A DNA stretch of 64,000 nucleotides from Botryllus schlosseri (Eukaryota). The stretch is from NCBI GenBank assembly GCA_051294905.1, contig CM119373.1:3226001-3290000 (forward strand). Direction: 5' to 3'. The notes beneath the pieces are model-generated. The model did no database searches, was not told the origin of the DNA, and saw nothing but the letters and a program-made list of their open reading frames with translations. Position 1 is the first letter of the stretch, and every line of letters starts with the position of its first letter. The translations under genes were made by a program, and so were the position numbers. Below are positions 13,901 to 25,448 of the stretch, piece by piece.

Positions 13901-16900
13901 ACACTCGTAATATCAAAAAAGTACTTGCTACACTGTTATTTGCTAAACGTGTTTTGCATTGTTGTTCATTTCTAGTATTGATTGAAATCATTCTTGAACC
14001 CTCAAATAATAATTCCCGACATGAAACCAAGCCGCTGAAATCACGAAGATACAATGTGTACGATGTTTGTCAAATGTGTCCTACCTGGCCAACAGAAAAC
14101 AATTTTCACTAGCTTGGTAATGAAACCGAAGTCTCCATTCGATATTTTGTTTGTGTCAAATACTTTACAATGAACACATTTGCGTGGTTGAGCTTTACAT
14201 CATCAGACTGCCATCTGTACATCAAGAATACATCCGACTTGTAACTGGGTCGTTTACCTAACCGAGTTGTATGCACAGTTTGATATTTTTGTCATTTAGT
14301 GATTGCTGAACATACCACTTCGAAATACCGCGTTGATCTCAATTTCCATCATCGTGATAAGTGAAGTACATTTGTTTTGAATTCATAGCAATAGGCTTTT
14401 CTATGGTATGATAAATTATTGACAAGCTCTGCTTAGAAGATTGGTTGCATATCACGAAAATAATATACCACACATATTATTACTGTTACTCCATTCATCG
14501 GTATTTTTTCCGTTGTCGATTTTCAAACGAGTAAAATTTATTACTTGAGTTGCTCTGCTTACTATATTTAAATGTAAACTCACCCGTCTTTCAACAACAA
14601 ACAATGTTAAAAAAGTATGCAATCAAACACAACAAGTTTTACGATACTAATTATTATCCCACATAACCCATTTCTTACCGAAGACATATGAAATATATTC
14701 ATGTTACACGAAAATATTCGCTCATGCTACAAACCTGTACAATGATTGGTGGTGCTTTCAAACTGTTTCGACACCTCAAGAACTTTATTGTCTGAATGGT
14801 TGTTCATGTATCGTAATAATCAAGTAGTTCAACACAGAACTAGTATTAACAGAAACACCAGAGTTGTTTACACAAAAGTTTGTATGCGTACAGTATGCGA
14901 ATACCATGTGTAAGTCGAGCGCAATTGCGGTATCCATCCAAGTTTAGTTAACACAAATTCATTACAACGGAGCCGCGTAAACCTTCGTGAAAGAAAAGCA
15001 TACCCACTTCCCGAGGGTTCTGTCAATGTCATAACAATAAACCAGATACTCCAACAACAGAGTACATATGTTTTCTAGTCACGATCCTTACATCTTTCAC
15101 ATAGATCAATCTACTTTGCTACCGAAAAGTACTGAGTCATCATATGGTTGTCCTCACAACTAAAACATACTATCGTACAAAATGGTCGTTATAGTTTGCA
15201 CACCAACGGTACATCGTACAAGTAACAAGGTTCGAGAATCCAGTTATTCAAAAAAAAAAAAACGTGAAAGTATTTCTACACCAAGTCGTTATGTTGACGA
15301 AAGCGTATATTGTAATATCATGATCGATTTGCATTCGTTGGCCACAAACTGTCACTACTCTAAATAATTCTTTTTCACTCAAACACAATCGCATACTTGT
15401 CACCATTCGTTTTCATCAAGCACGAGTTCAAGAAACTTACTTACTACGACATGAATTTTTATTTTTATGTTGTGTAAATAGGTAATAATTAATTCAAGTA
15501 ACACTATATCAACATCATCGACTTGTGCTAATAGATTTACATGCGGTCTTGTGGTTTTCGTCGGGTCATACAGCACGAACTAACTGTAGACTCCTCTCTG
15601 TTGTACAACTACTCGGTAATCGAAATGCATTAACATGTAAACAACGATCTTGTTTCGTCACACCAAAAATATGTTCACTGTCGCGATACTCCGCACAAGA
15701 CGCGCATAGCCTTTTCACACTCGTAATAGTATACCAACGTCAAACGATAACGTTTAACAAGACCAACGACACTGAGCCCACGACGTTTACCTATGTGAAA
15801 TTACCACTTTCACTTGCCAGTCCATCGTTTACCTGACTAAACATATTATTTTCCTTTGGAGATCTGACGTTTACCCAGAGTAAGAAACCATTTTCACTTG
15901 TAAATATATTTTTTCCTTGGCTAACAAACCTTTTTTCACTTGGAAATATATTTTTTCCTTGGCTAACAAACCTTTTTTCACTTGGAAATATATTTTTTCT
16001 CTGGTTAACAAACCTTTTTCACTTGGAAATATATTTTTTCTCTGGTTAACAAACCTTTTTCACTTGGAAATATATTTTTTCTCTGGTTAACAATCCTTTT
16101 TCACTTGGAAATATATTTTTCCCTGGGTAACAAACCTTTTTTCCCTGAGCAACAAACCATTCTCACTTGGTGGTCCGTCGTTTAGCCGAGTAAAAATATC
16201 ATTTTCCTTTGGAGATCCGGCGTTTACCCAGTGTAACAATACATTTTCACTTGGAAAAATACTTTTACCTAGAGTAACTAATCATTTTCTCCTGGGTAAC
16301 AATCCCTTTTCGTCTGGAAACTATCATTTAACTGAGTACCAATACCGTTTTCACTTGGAAATACATTTTTTCCCTGGGTAACAATACCATTTTCGTTTTG
16401 AAAACTGACAACCACACCGGTCAATTTGATATTTTTGTATATTGTTACAACAAACAGTGACGGAAATATACACAGACAACCGGTTTCAGAGTATACCCCA
16501 TCGGTCGTATCACATCAATATCATCGGTTAACCACATACAATATGCTCTTGTACACTGAAATGCATGTTTTGGAAACTTGGACAATAGGCCTCGATAGTT
16601 CTGTGATGTCCGGGTTCGTGCTTTGGATTTTCCAGAGTCAAAATGTCTGAATAAAACACCTCCTCGACGACGGTTGGTATGTGGATAACGGTTGGATTTA
16701 TGTCACCCATCGCGATAACAATTCCTGGTCGAGTTTTCCACCGGCATGTTTACTATATTGTGTCTTTATTGATCAATGTATGTCTCGACATTCAGTTTGA
16801 AATCGGAAATGCTAAAGTATGTAACCGGATCCGGATATCAACTCTGAATCGATAAACCAATGAACAATATTCAAAGTAAACATGTCACACCCTGTGTTTC

Positions 16901-17101
16901 CACGAAAAAATACCATCCAGACATACGTCGCGCTTGTTTGCCCACACCAGTATATGCGCAAATGGAGGTGTGTGACATTGCATGCAATGTGTTGGTATAC
17001 AAACATCGATCCACAGACATTATCATAGTCGGTAATTTTGATGCAGATCGAATGTCACCCGATAACAATACCAATAAGCCACATTGCAATGACTCTGAGT
17101 C
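10915..17101 (+). repeat. Left arm of palindrome 1 (6187 bp)
   Basis: Reverse complement of 18018-24207; mirrored ORF pairs in the track (e.g. 12383+/22467-, 15525+/19283-). Confidence 0.97.
15885..16390. repeat. ~38-39-bp minisatellite (TTTTCACTTGGAAATATATTTTTTCTCTGGTTAACAAACC-like); mirrored at ~18730-19235
   Basis: About 7 near-perfect tandem units with degenerate flanking units. Confidence 0.9.
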
Positions 17102-17635
17102 TGCGCTATTACATCGATATTTCGACACCGTTCACTGATTTATTCGATGGTGTTATCGTGTTGTAACATTACAAGATAGTCATGACCCTATCTCCGGACA
17201 GATCACCCAGATCAATTGGATACATCGGTCAATATCCGTCGTGTTGTCGACACCGAAGTTTTCTGCTGCAGCGTTTGACCAATGTGAACTATCGAAGTAC
17301 GGTGCTCGAAATGATTGCAATCAGTCTTTCAGTCACGATCAATGGATGTCGCTACTCCCACATAACGACTCCGGATAAATATCGTGCAAATGTCGGACTG
17401 ATATTGTGATCCAATAAGGTATGTTTCTGTGGAATGAAGACTGCAATCGTACACCACAATAGAACACTACCTCGTGATTTCACACGCAATCATAAAACAC
17501 ACTTTCGTAAGGGTCTAGCTCGTCCGGTGACATTTCGAAACGGTCGTCACCACAAGAGATCGGGGTTGGTCTCGTCATATCGGAGCATTTTGAAACGACA
17601 TCGTCACAAGTCTATTGACGTCGATTCAGTTGGTC

Positions 17636-17911
17636 ATGTCAATCCGTTTCACAATCCACCGTTTTTCCACTCCCCGCACCATAGTGTTACGACACAGACA
17701 AGAAGCGTCGGTGGAAATGATAAAACACGGAAGGTACACTTTGGTGTTATTTGATATGGATTTTACACCAGACGAACCTCACATTCGAGTGATGCATTTG
17801 AATGGCGATTGTATTATTGATGTCCAGGGAAAAGAAATGTATCGATTTATCGGATTTGTACATATCCAACAAAAACCTGGGTATATGATTGTACACGGTT
17901 CGCATATTTGA
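17636..17911 (+). CDS. Putative 91-aa protein of unknown function in the loop of palindrome 1
   Basis: MSIRFTIHRF...GYMIVHGSHI; indel-free homolog in copy 2 with many synonymous changes. Confidence 0.45.
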   Translation: MSIRFTIHRFSTPRTIVLRHRQEASVEMIKHGRYTLVLFDMDFTPDEPHIRVMHLNGDCIIDVQGKEMYRFIGFVHIQQKPGYMIVHGSHI

Positions 17912-18017
17912 CTGTGATCACAATATTGGTATATACTGTACAGTTCACTTTCACCGCCGTGCGAATAACCCATGTTACGGTTCCGTGTTTGTGTGTCTGT
18001 ATGTCATGCTTCAGATT

Positions 18018-21000
18018 GACTCAGAGTCATTGCAATGTGGCTTATTGGTATTGTTATCGGGTGACATTCGATCTGCATCAAAATTACCGACTATGATAAT
18101 GTCTGTGGATCGATGTTTGTATACGAACACATTGCATGCAATGTCACACACCTCCATTTGCGCATATACTGGTGTGGGCAAACAAGCGCGACGTATGTCT
18201 GGATGGTATTTTTTCGTGGAAACACAGGGTGTGACATGTTTACTTTGAATATTGTTCATTGGTTTATCGATTCAGAGTTGATATCCGGATCCGGTTACAT
18301 ACTTTAGCATTTCCGATTTCAAACTGAATGTCGAGACATACATTGATCAATAAAGACACAATATAGTAAACATGCCGGTGGAAAACTCGACCAGGAATTG
18401 TTATCGCGATGGGTGACATAAATCCAACCGTTATCCACATACCAACCGTCGTCGAGGAGGTGTTTTATTCAGACATTTTGACTCTGGAAAATCCAAAGCA
18501 CGAACCCGGACATCACAGAACTATCGAGGCCTATTGTCCAAGTTTCCAAAACATGCATTTCAGTGTACAAGAGCATATTGTATGTGGTTAACCGATGATA
18601 TTGATGTGATACGACCGATGGGGTATACTCTGAAACCGGTTGTCTGTGTATATTTCCGTCACTGTTTGTTGTAACAATATACAAAAATATCAAATTGACC
18701 GGTGTGGTTGTCAGTTTTCAAAACGAAAATGGTATTGTTACCCAGGGAAAAAATGTATTTCCAAGTGAAAACGGTATTGGTACTCAGTTAAATGATAGTT
18801 TCCAGACGAAAAGGGATTGTTACCCAGGAGAAAATGATTAGTTACTCTAGGTAAAAGTATTTTTCCAAGTGAAAATGTATTGTTACACTGGGTAAACGCC
18901 GGATCTCCAAAGGAAAATGATATTTTTACTCGGCTAAACGACGGACCACCAAGTGAGAATGGTTTGTTGCTCAGGGAAAAAAGGTTTGTTACCCAGGGAA
19001 AAATATATTTCCAAGTGAAAAAGGATTGTTAACCAGAGAAAAAATATATTTCCAAGTGAAAAAGGTTTGTTAACCAGAGAAAAAATATATTTCCAAGTGA
19101 AAAAGGTTTGTTAACCAGAGAAAAAATATATTTCCAAGTGAAAAAAGGTTTGTTAGCCAAGGAAAAAATATATTTCCAAGTGAAAAAAGGTTTGTTAGCC
19201 AAGGAAAAAATATATTTACAAGTGAAAATGGTTTCTTACTCTGGGTAAACGTCAGATCTCCAAAGGAAAATAATATGTTTAGTCAGGTAAACGATGGACT
19301 GGCAAGTGAAAGTGGTAATTTCACATAGGTAAACGTCGTGGGCTCAGTGTCGTTGGTCTTGTTAAACGTTATCGTTTGACGTTGGTATACTATTACGAGT
19401 GTGAAAAGGCTATGCGCGTCTTGTGCGGAGTATCGCGACAGTGAACATATTTTTGGTGTGACGAAACAAGATCGTTGTTTACATGTTAATGCATTTCGAT
19501 TACCGAGTAGTTGTACAACAGAGAGGAGTCTACAGTTAGTTCGTGCTGTATGACCCGACGAAAACCACAAGACCGCATGTAAATCTATTAGCACAAGTCG
19601 ATGATGTTGATATTATAGTGTTACTTGAATTAATTATTACCTATTTACACAACATAAAAATAAAAATTCATGTCGTAGTAAGTAAGTTTCTTGAACTCGT
19701 GCTTGATGAAAACGAATGGTGACAAGTATGCGATTGTGTTTGAGTGAAAAAGAATTATTTAGAGTAGTGACAGTTTGTGGCCAACGAATGCAAATCGATC
19801 ATGATATTACAATATACGCTTTCGTCAACATAACGACTTGGTGTAGAAATACTTTCACGTTTTTTTTTTTTTGAATAACTGGATTCTCGAACCTTGTTAC
19901 TTGTACGATGTACCGTTGGTGTGCAAACTATAACGACCATTTTGTACGATAGTATGTTTTAGTTGTGAGGACAACCATATGATGACTCAGTACTTTTCGG
20001 TAGCAAAGTAGATTGATCTATGTGAAAGATGTAAGGATCGTGACTAGAAAACATATGTACTCTGTTGTTGGAGTATCTGGTTTATTGTTATGACATTGAC
20101 AGAACCCTCGGGAAGTGGGTATGCTTTTCTTTCACGAAGGTTTACGCGGCTCCGTTGTAATGAATTTGTGTTAACTAAACTTGGATGGATACCGCAATTG
20201 CGCTCGACTTACACATGGTATTCGCATACTGTACGCATACAAACTTTTGTGTAAACAACTCTGGTGTTTCTGTTAATACTAGTTCTGTGTTGAACTACTT
20301 GATTATTACGATACATGAACAACCATTCAGACAATAAAGTTATTGAGGTGTCGAAACAGTTTGAAAGCACCACCAATCATTGTACAGGTTTGTAGCATGA
20401 GCGAATATTTTCGTGTAACATGAATATATTTCATATGTCTTCGGTAAGAAATGGGTTATGTGGGATAATAATTAGTATCGTAAAACTTGTTGTGTTTGAT
20501 TGCATACTTTTTTAACATTGTTTGTTGTTGAAAGACGGGTGAGTTTACATTTAAATATAGTAAGCAGAGCAACTCAAGTAATAAATTTTACTCGTTTGAA
20601 AATCGACAACGGAAAAAATACCGATGAATGGAGTAACAGTAATAATATGTGTGGTATATTATTTTCGTGATATGCAACCAATCTTCTAAGCAGAGCTTGT
20701 CAATAATTTATCATACCATAGAAAAGCCTATTGCTATGAATTCAAAACAAATGTACTTCACTTATCACGATGATGGAAATTGAGATCAACGCGGTATTTC
20801 GAAGTGGTATGTTCAGCAATCACTAAATGACAAAAATATCAAACTGTGCATACAACTCGGTTAGGTAAACGACCCAGTTACAAGTCGGATGTATTCTTGA
20901 TGTACAGATGGCAGTCTGATGATGTAAAGCTCAACCACGCAAATGTGTTCATTGTAAAGTATTTGACACAAACAAAATATCGAATGGAGACTTCGGTTTC

Positions 21001-24000
21001 ATTACCAAGCTAGTGAAAATTGTTTTCTGTTGGCCAGGTAGGACACATTTGACAAACATCGTACACATTGTATCTTCGTGATTTCAGCGGCTTGGTTTCA
21101 TGTCGGGAATTATTATTTGAGGGTTCAAGAATGATTTCAATCAATACTAGAAATGAACAACAATGCAAAACACGTTTAGCAAATAACAGTGTAGCAAGTA
21201 CTTTTTTGATATTACGAGTGTTGGGCACTAGACACTTCTAGTTGAATTGGATGCATCTAACAAACATATCACAATTTACTTTTACAATAATCAAAGTCTT
21301 AGAGTGTATAACCTCGCGATATTTTACATTTAGCACGCACAATGGGGAGTTACTGAAATGATTAAGAATTGATCGCTAGCTTCGAACGGTACTCGATACT
21401 CAAAGTGATATTTTCATACTCTGTAAAGTGCATATGTTTCAATTCTCTGTCACAAATTCCGACAATAAATCGTTGGATTCAATAGTAACGATATTGTGAT
21501 ATACTGATTCTACACTTAGTCGTTTCAATTACCCGTTGGGAATCGGGATAATAAAGCATTTTGTATCGGATGTTCAATGTATGAATACTGGAATTATTAC
21601 ATCTTTAGTGCTGTTTATCGCAAACGATAGATTTTAATAATTGTACTGATTGTTGAATGTAATAATACCAATATTGTCGTTTCATCTTTAGTCTTGGTTA
21701 CTGGAAATATTTTCTGATATCCGCGATACGCCGAGTGATTTTTACCAAGGTGGAGTAATTTTCCAATCAAGAACATTTCAGACATACATAGTTTTACAGC
21801 TTAATATGTTAATAACATTGGTACTGAAAAGTCTGTTGCTGTCATAACATTTACCACAACGCCGGGTCTAATTAACGCAAATAATTTAATAATAAAGTAA
21901 TGATCAACTATTACAAATCTCATATGTCAAATCAATGTGTCAATCCTTATGTTCACAGCATGATAACTTTGAATATAACACCATCGTTCGATTGTAAGAA
22001 ATGAATTCTCAACTACGTTGGTCGGACTTTCAAATCTCGTATACTCAAACATATTATGTTAATCTCAAGTCGCCTGTACCAAAGAGTAATTACTTTTGTC
22101 TTACAAAATATACCGAGTAGTAATTAGTTTGTCTTGCAGAATATACCGCGTAGTAATTCCTCAATCTTACAGAATAGTAACGACTTTTCAAGCTGAATAA
22201 AAAAAAGATGTGTAGGGATATGAATACAACCAAGCTTGTTATGGATTTTAGGTTTTAGTGATTGTATGGATTCGTGTATGTTTGGTTGTTTTTCGTACTG
22301 ATACTGTTTGAGTTGGTTGGGTAACGGATTTACTTGACAATGTTTTCGTGGTTGACTCTTTGAGTATGGTAAGATGGTGAGATGTCGAGACGTAATACTA
22401 TTTCCGTACACTCAATTACAACAAAACATAACCTGCATTCAAATAAGCCGTAAGCTACAAGCGGATTTAAAACTTGATGCTGTTTTGTGGTTGACTCAAG
22501 TCAGTAGTCATGTTTGTGTTGATTTCAGGAATGATCATGACGAGTTGGTCGGGTAAATTAGGTAATGCGGTAGTAACTATGACCTTACCGAGTTGCTCGG
22601 AAAACTCAGTCGTGAATAGAGTTGTCAGTTTCAAGGATTGTTTCAAAGTATAATCTTGAAATGTGACTGGGTGAAAGTTGGTAGTCATGTTTGTCAAACC
22701 TATTTCAATTCGCACAATGTCTAAGTCCAAATATTTCATTCTGGATTATTTGGATTTACCTTTAGTACATCCCGCGAATGGATTTAAAGTTGGCAAATTA
22801 CCAAAATGATTGAATATTATCGGGTCAGAGATAGTTGGTATTGATTCTATAAGTGTTAAAACAGCGGCGTGGAATGTGTGAATGATCCGATGAGAGTGAA
22901 TGTTGGCGTCAGTAATATTCAGGTTACGTTCGATTCAACAGATCGCGTTAATAGGATTTGAGTTGGGTCGAATCAATACATTCAAATACGATTCAACTTG
23001 ATTTGTGTAGTGAGTTACATTTCAAGTTGACAAACTAACACATTGATTGAATATTTTCATGGATCTTATCACGCAACTAAAGTCAGCCACTATTCGGGAG
23101 GCGTGAAACGTATAGCGATCGCGGGCAAGTGACAAATTGTTGGTTTTCGAATCACCGTCTGCGATGGTTCTGGGACAAACTAATTACCGAAATATTACCT
23201 TGTGAGCGGGTATGAGGGATTGCTATGTCTGAAGCTTTATCCGGTGAGTGGTCGTCGGGTTTTCAAATTATATCACACCCTTTTGAATAAGCGTTCACTT
23301 CACAGAGGATTAGGGTTAGAGCGGAAATAAGTGACAATTTGTCGCTATTCAAGTTACCGACCCTGGCGGTCTATTATTCGTTACTTGTTAAATCTTACCA
23401 GCGAAATCAAGTTCTGTGACAAACTGATTACTAAAATTTCACCGCGTGAGCGATCGGTATGGTTATGACACCAAGTCGCGAAAGATGGTTATGTCCGAGA
23501 CATTATCTTGTCAGTGATCGCGGGGTTTTGCAAATATTTCACACCTTTTTGAATAAGCGTTAACTTCACAAAGGATTACGGCTAGAATAGAAATAAGTGA
23601 CAATTTGTTGGTATCCAAGTCTCGCCGGTGGTGTATCTGTTATTCGGCACTTATTACACTTATCATGAAATTAGAGTGAGAACATAAAGCATCAAGTTGT
23701 TGTTTTCGAATTTTGATGTCGAGGTGATAAATTTACGCATTCAATTACAATTCAACTTCGGTTGTGTATTGAGTGATAGATCGATTTGCCGGAAGTGGTA
23801 TCTTGTGAGCGATCGTAGGATTTTACAAATATTTCACATCTTTTTGAAGTGTTAGTTTGCGAACGCGACTATTGTTGATATTCGAATCGCCGTCTGTCGC
23901 ACGCACTGCTTAATCCTCACAACAAGCCACGTTTCCGTCTGCGCGGTTATTGTCGGTGACTCGTACATATTCAACACCACGCGAGAGATGTCTGAAAGTG

Positions 24001-24207
24001 CGAATCACGACCACGAGTTCTCATTACGATTCACCGCCGCAGCCTATACCCAAAAGTACGAATCACGACCGCATCCATAAGAACCCATTACGAATCGCGG
24101 CCCCGCGGGGGGTCTGAAAGTACGAGTCGCCACCCCCGGTTTTCAATACGAATCGCCACCCCGCCATAAGAAACCCAGGCACCTCACGACCGATCTATAT
24201 AACTACT
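18018..24207 (-). repeat. Right arm of palindrome 1 (6190 bp)
   Basis: Inverted copy of 10915-17101. Differences seen: a 3-bp indel near 19611 and substitutions near 18126, 20342 and 21669. Confidence 0.97.
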
Positions 24208-24622
24208 GTCGTAACTTTTGAAAGTGATGTAATACTGAAGTTTGATGAGTAGTTTCTGGCTTCTGGAGTGGTTTTAGAGCGAATTCTAAGTTCTCAAATT
24301 AAAAAAAATTGGTATTCAAATATTAAATTAATTAAAATCCAAAATGCCGTCGCGGGGCGCACAAAATGGTCTCGCGGGCCGCGTGTTTGAGACCTCTGGC
24401 TTAATATGACTTCATAGCAGTATGGAAGATGTGGAAAGCTCACACAAATACCTTTTACGCGACCACAAAGAATGCAATGCTATTTCTACATCACATTAAA
24501 GATTATTTGATATTTTTCAACCACGAATATTTCATTGCACTTTGCGAAAATGATGTAGGTTAATCACTAATTTATAGATATGTCATTAGCACCAAATTAC
24601 GTAGTTGTGTAGGCTACTACAT

Positions 24623-25448
24623 CAGTGGCTCTCAACCTTATTTTTTTCTTCGCGGAACCCTTTTGGACTGTCACGCATACCCCGCGGTCCTCCCAAAGTT
24701 TTAATTCTAATTTATCTCAATTTCCGCGCAACCGTTATCTATCTGGTGCAAATATTACATGTAGGCTTAGTAATAAACAGCAGCAAATCCTTTCTTGAAA
24801 ATAACAATATACAATGCAGAAATTGAGTAAACTTATATAATTTCAAAGCGAATTCTGCAACTCCATTTCTTCAAATGCGTGATCGTGCCTTCAAGATCGG
24901 CGTCTTCAATTTGTTATCAACGAGGGCCGCAACTCCATTTCCACAACTATACCTGGTGGCGAAAGCAATGGCCGACGGCACCTTTAACTATGATCGCAAC
25001 ATACATTGCACCATATCTTTAATAGACATATAACGTCCAGCGCCAACCTATATAGTTATTTCTTTCTAGCAGCCCATCTTGAAGTTATTCTAGAATGGGG
25101 GTTACGTATATCACAGGCGAAAGTGGATTTTGCAAACATTTCGAAGTCACCACCCTTGACCTTACTACTTTTTTCCCGCAAACCCCAACAGAACATTTAT
25201 AAACGGCAATATAATATGTTTGTATCAGTAAGCTATTGGCAATTTGGCAATTGAAATCAATTTGCACAGTATAGGATATTTCACCCCAAACGGCCATTCT
25301 ATTGAGGTTTTAGCAGTTATGAAGCTAAACTGCCTCGTGACTTCTCTGATTTAAATAAATGCAAATTAGGTTATCAAACATTTTGCAGATTCTGAGGTTT
25401 CACGGACCCCCTGAAAATTCAGCGCGGACATCCGGTTGAGAATCACAG
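24623..25448. mobile_element. hAT-type MITE
   Basis: TIR CAGTGGCTCTCAACC / GGTTGAGAATCACAG; 8-bp TSD TACTACAT/TACCACAT; related (inverted) to 52453-53154. Confidence 0.75.

Larger units (their letters stand above)
10915..24207. mobile_element. Giant palindromic Polinton/Maverick-like non-autonomous element, copy 1 (13,293 bp)
   Basis: Termini AGTAGTTATATAGATCGGTC...GACCGATCTATATAACTACT; perfect 6-bp TSD GTCGTA (10909-10914, 24208-24213); ~6.19-kb inverted arms around a 916-bp loop. Confidence 0.9.
9879..24398. mobile_element. Non-autonomous hAT element (~1.2 kb without the insert), interrupted by palindromic element 1
   Basis: TIR CAGAGGTCTCAAAC at 9879 and GTTTGAGACCTCTG ending 24398; 8-bp TSD GCTTGATA/GCTTAATA (7/8); CGCGGG subterminal motifs. 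Confidence 0.8.

Noticed and set aside
15885..16390. CRISPR array
   Set aside because: Head-to-tail tandem units without unique spacers, eukaryotic context, no cas genes.
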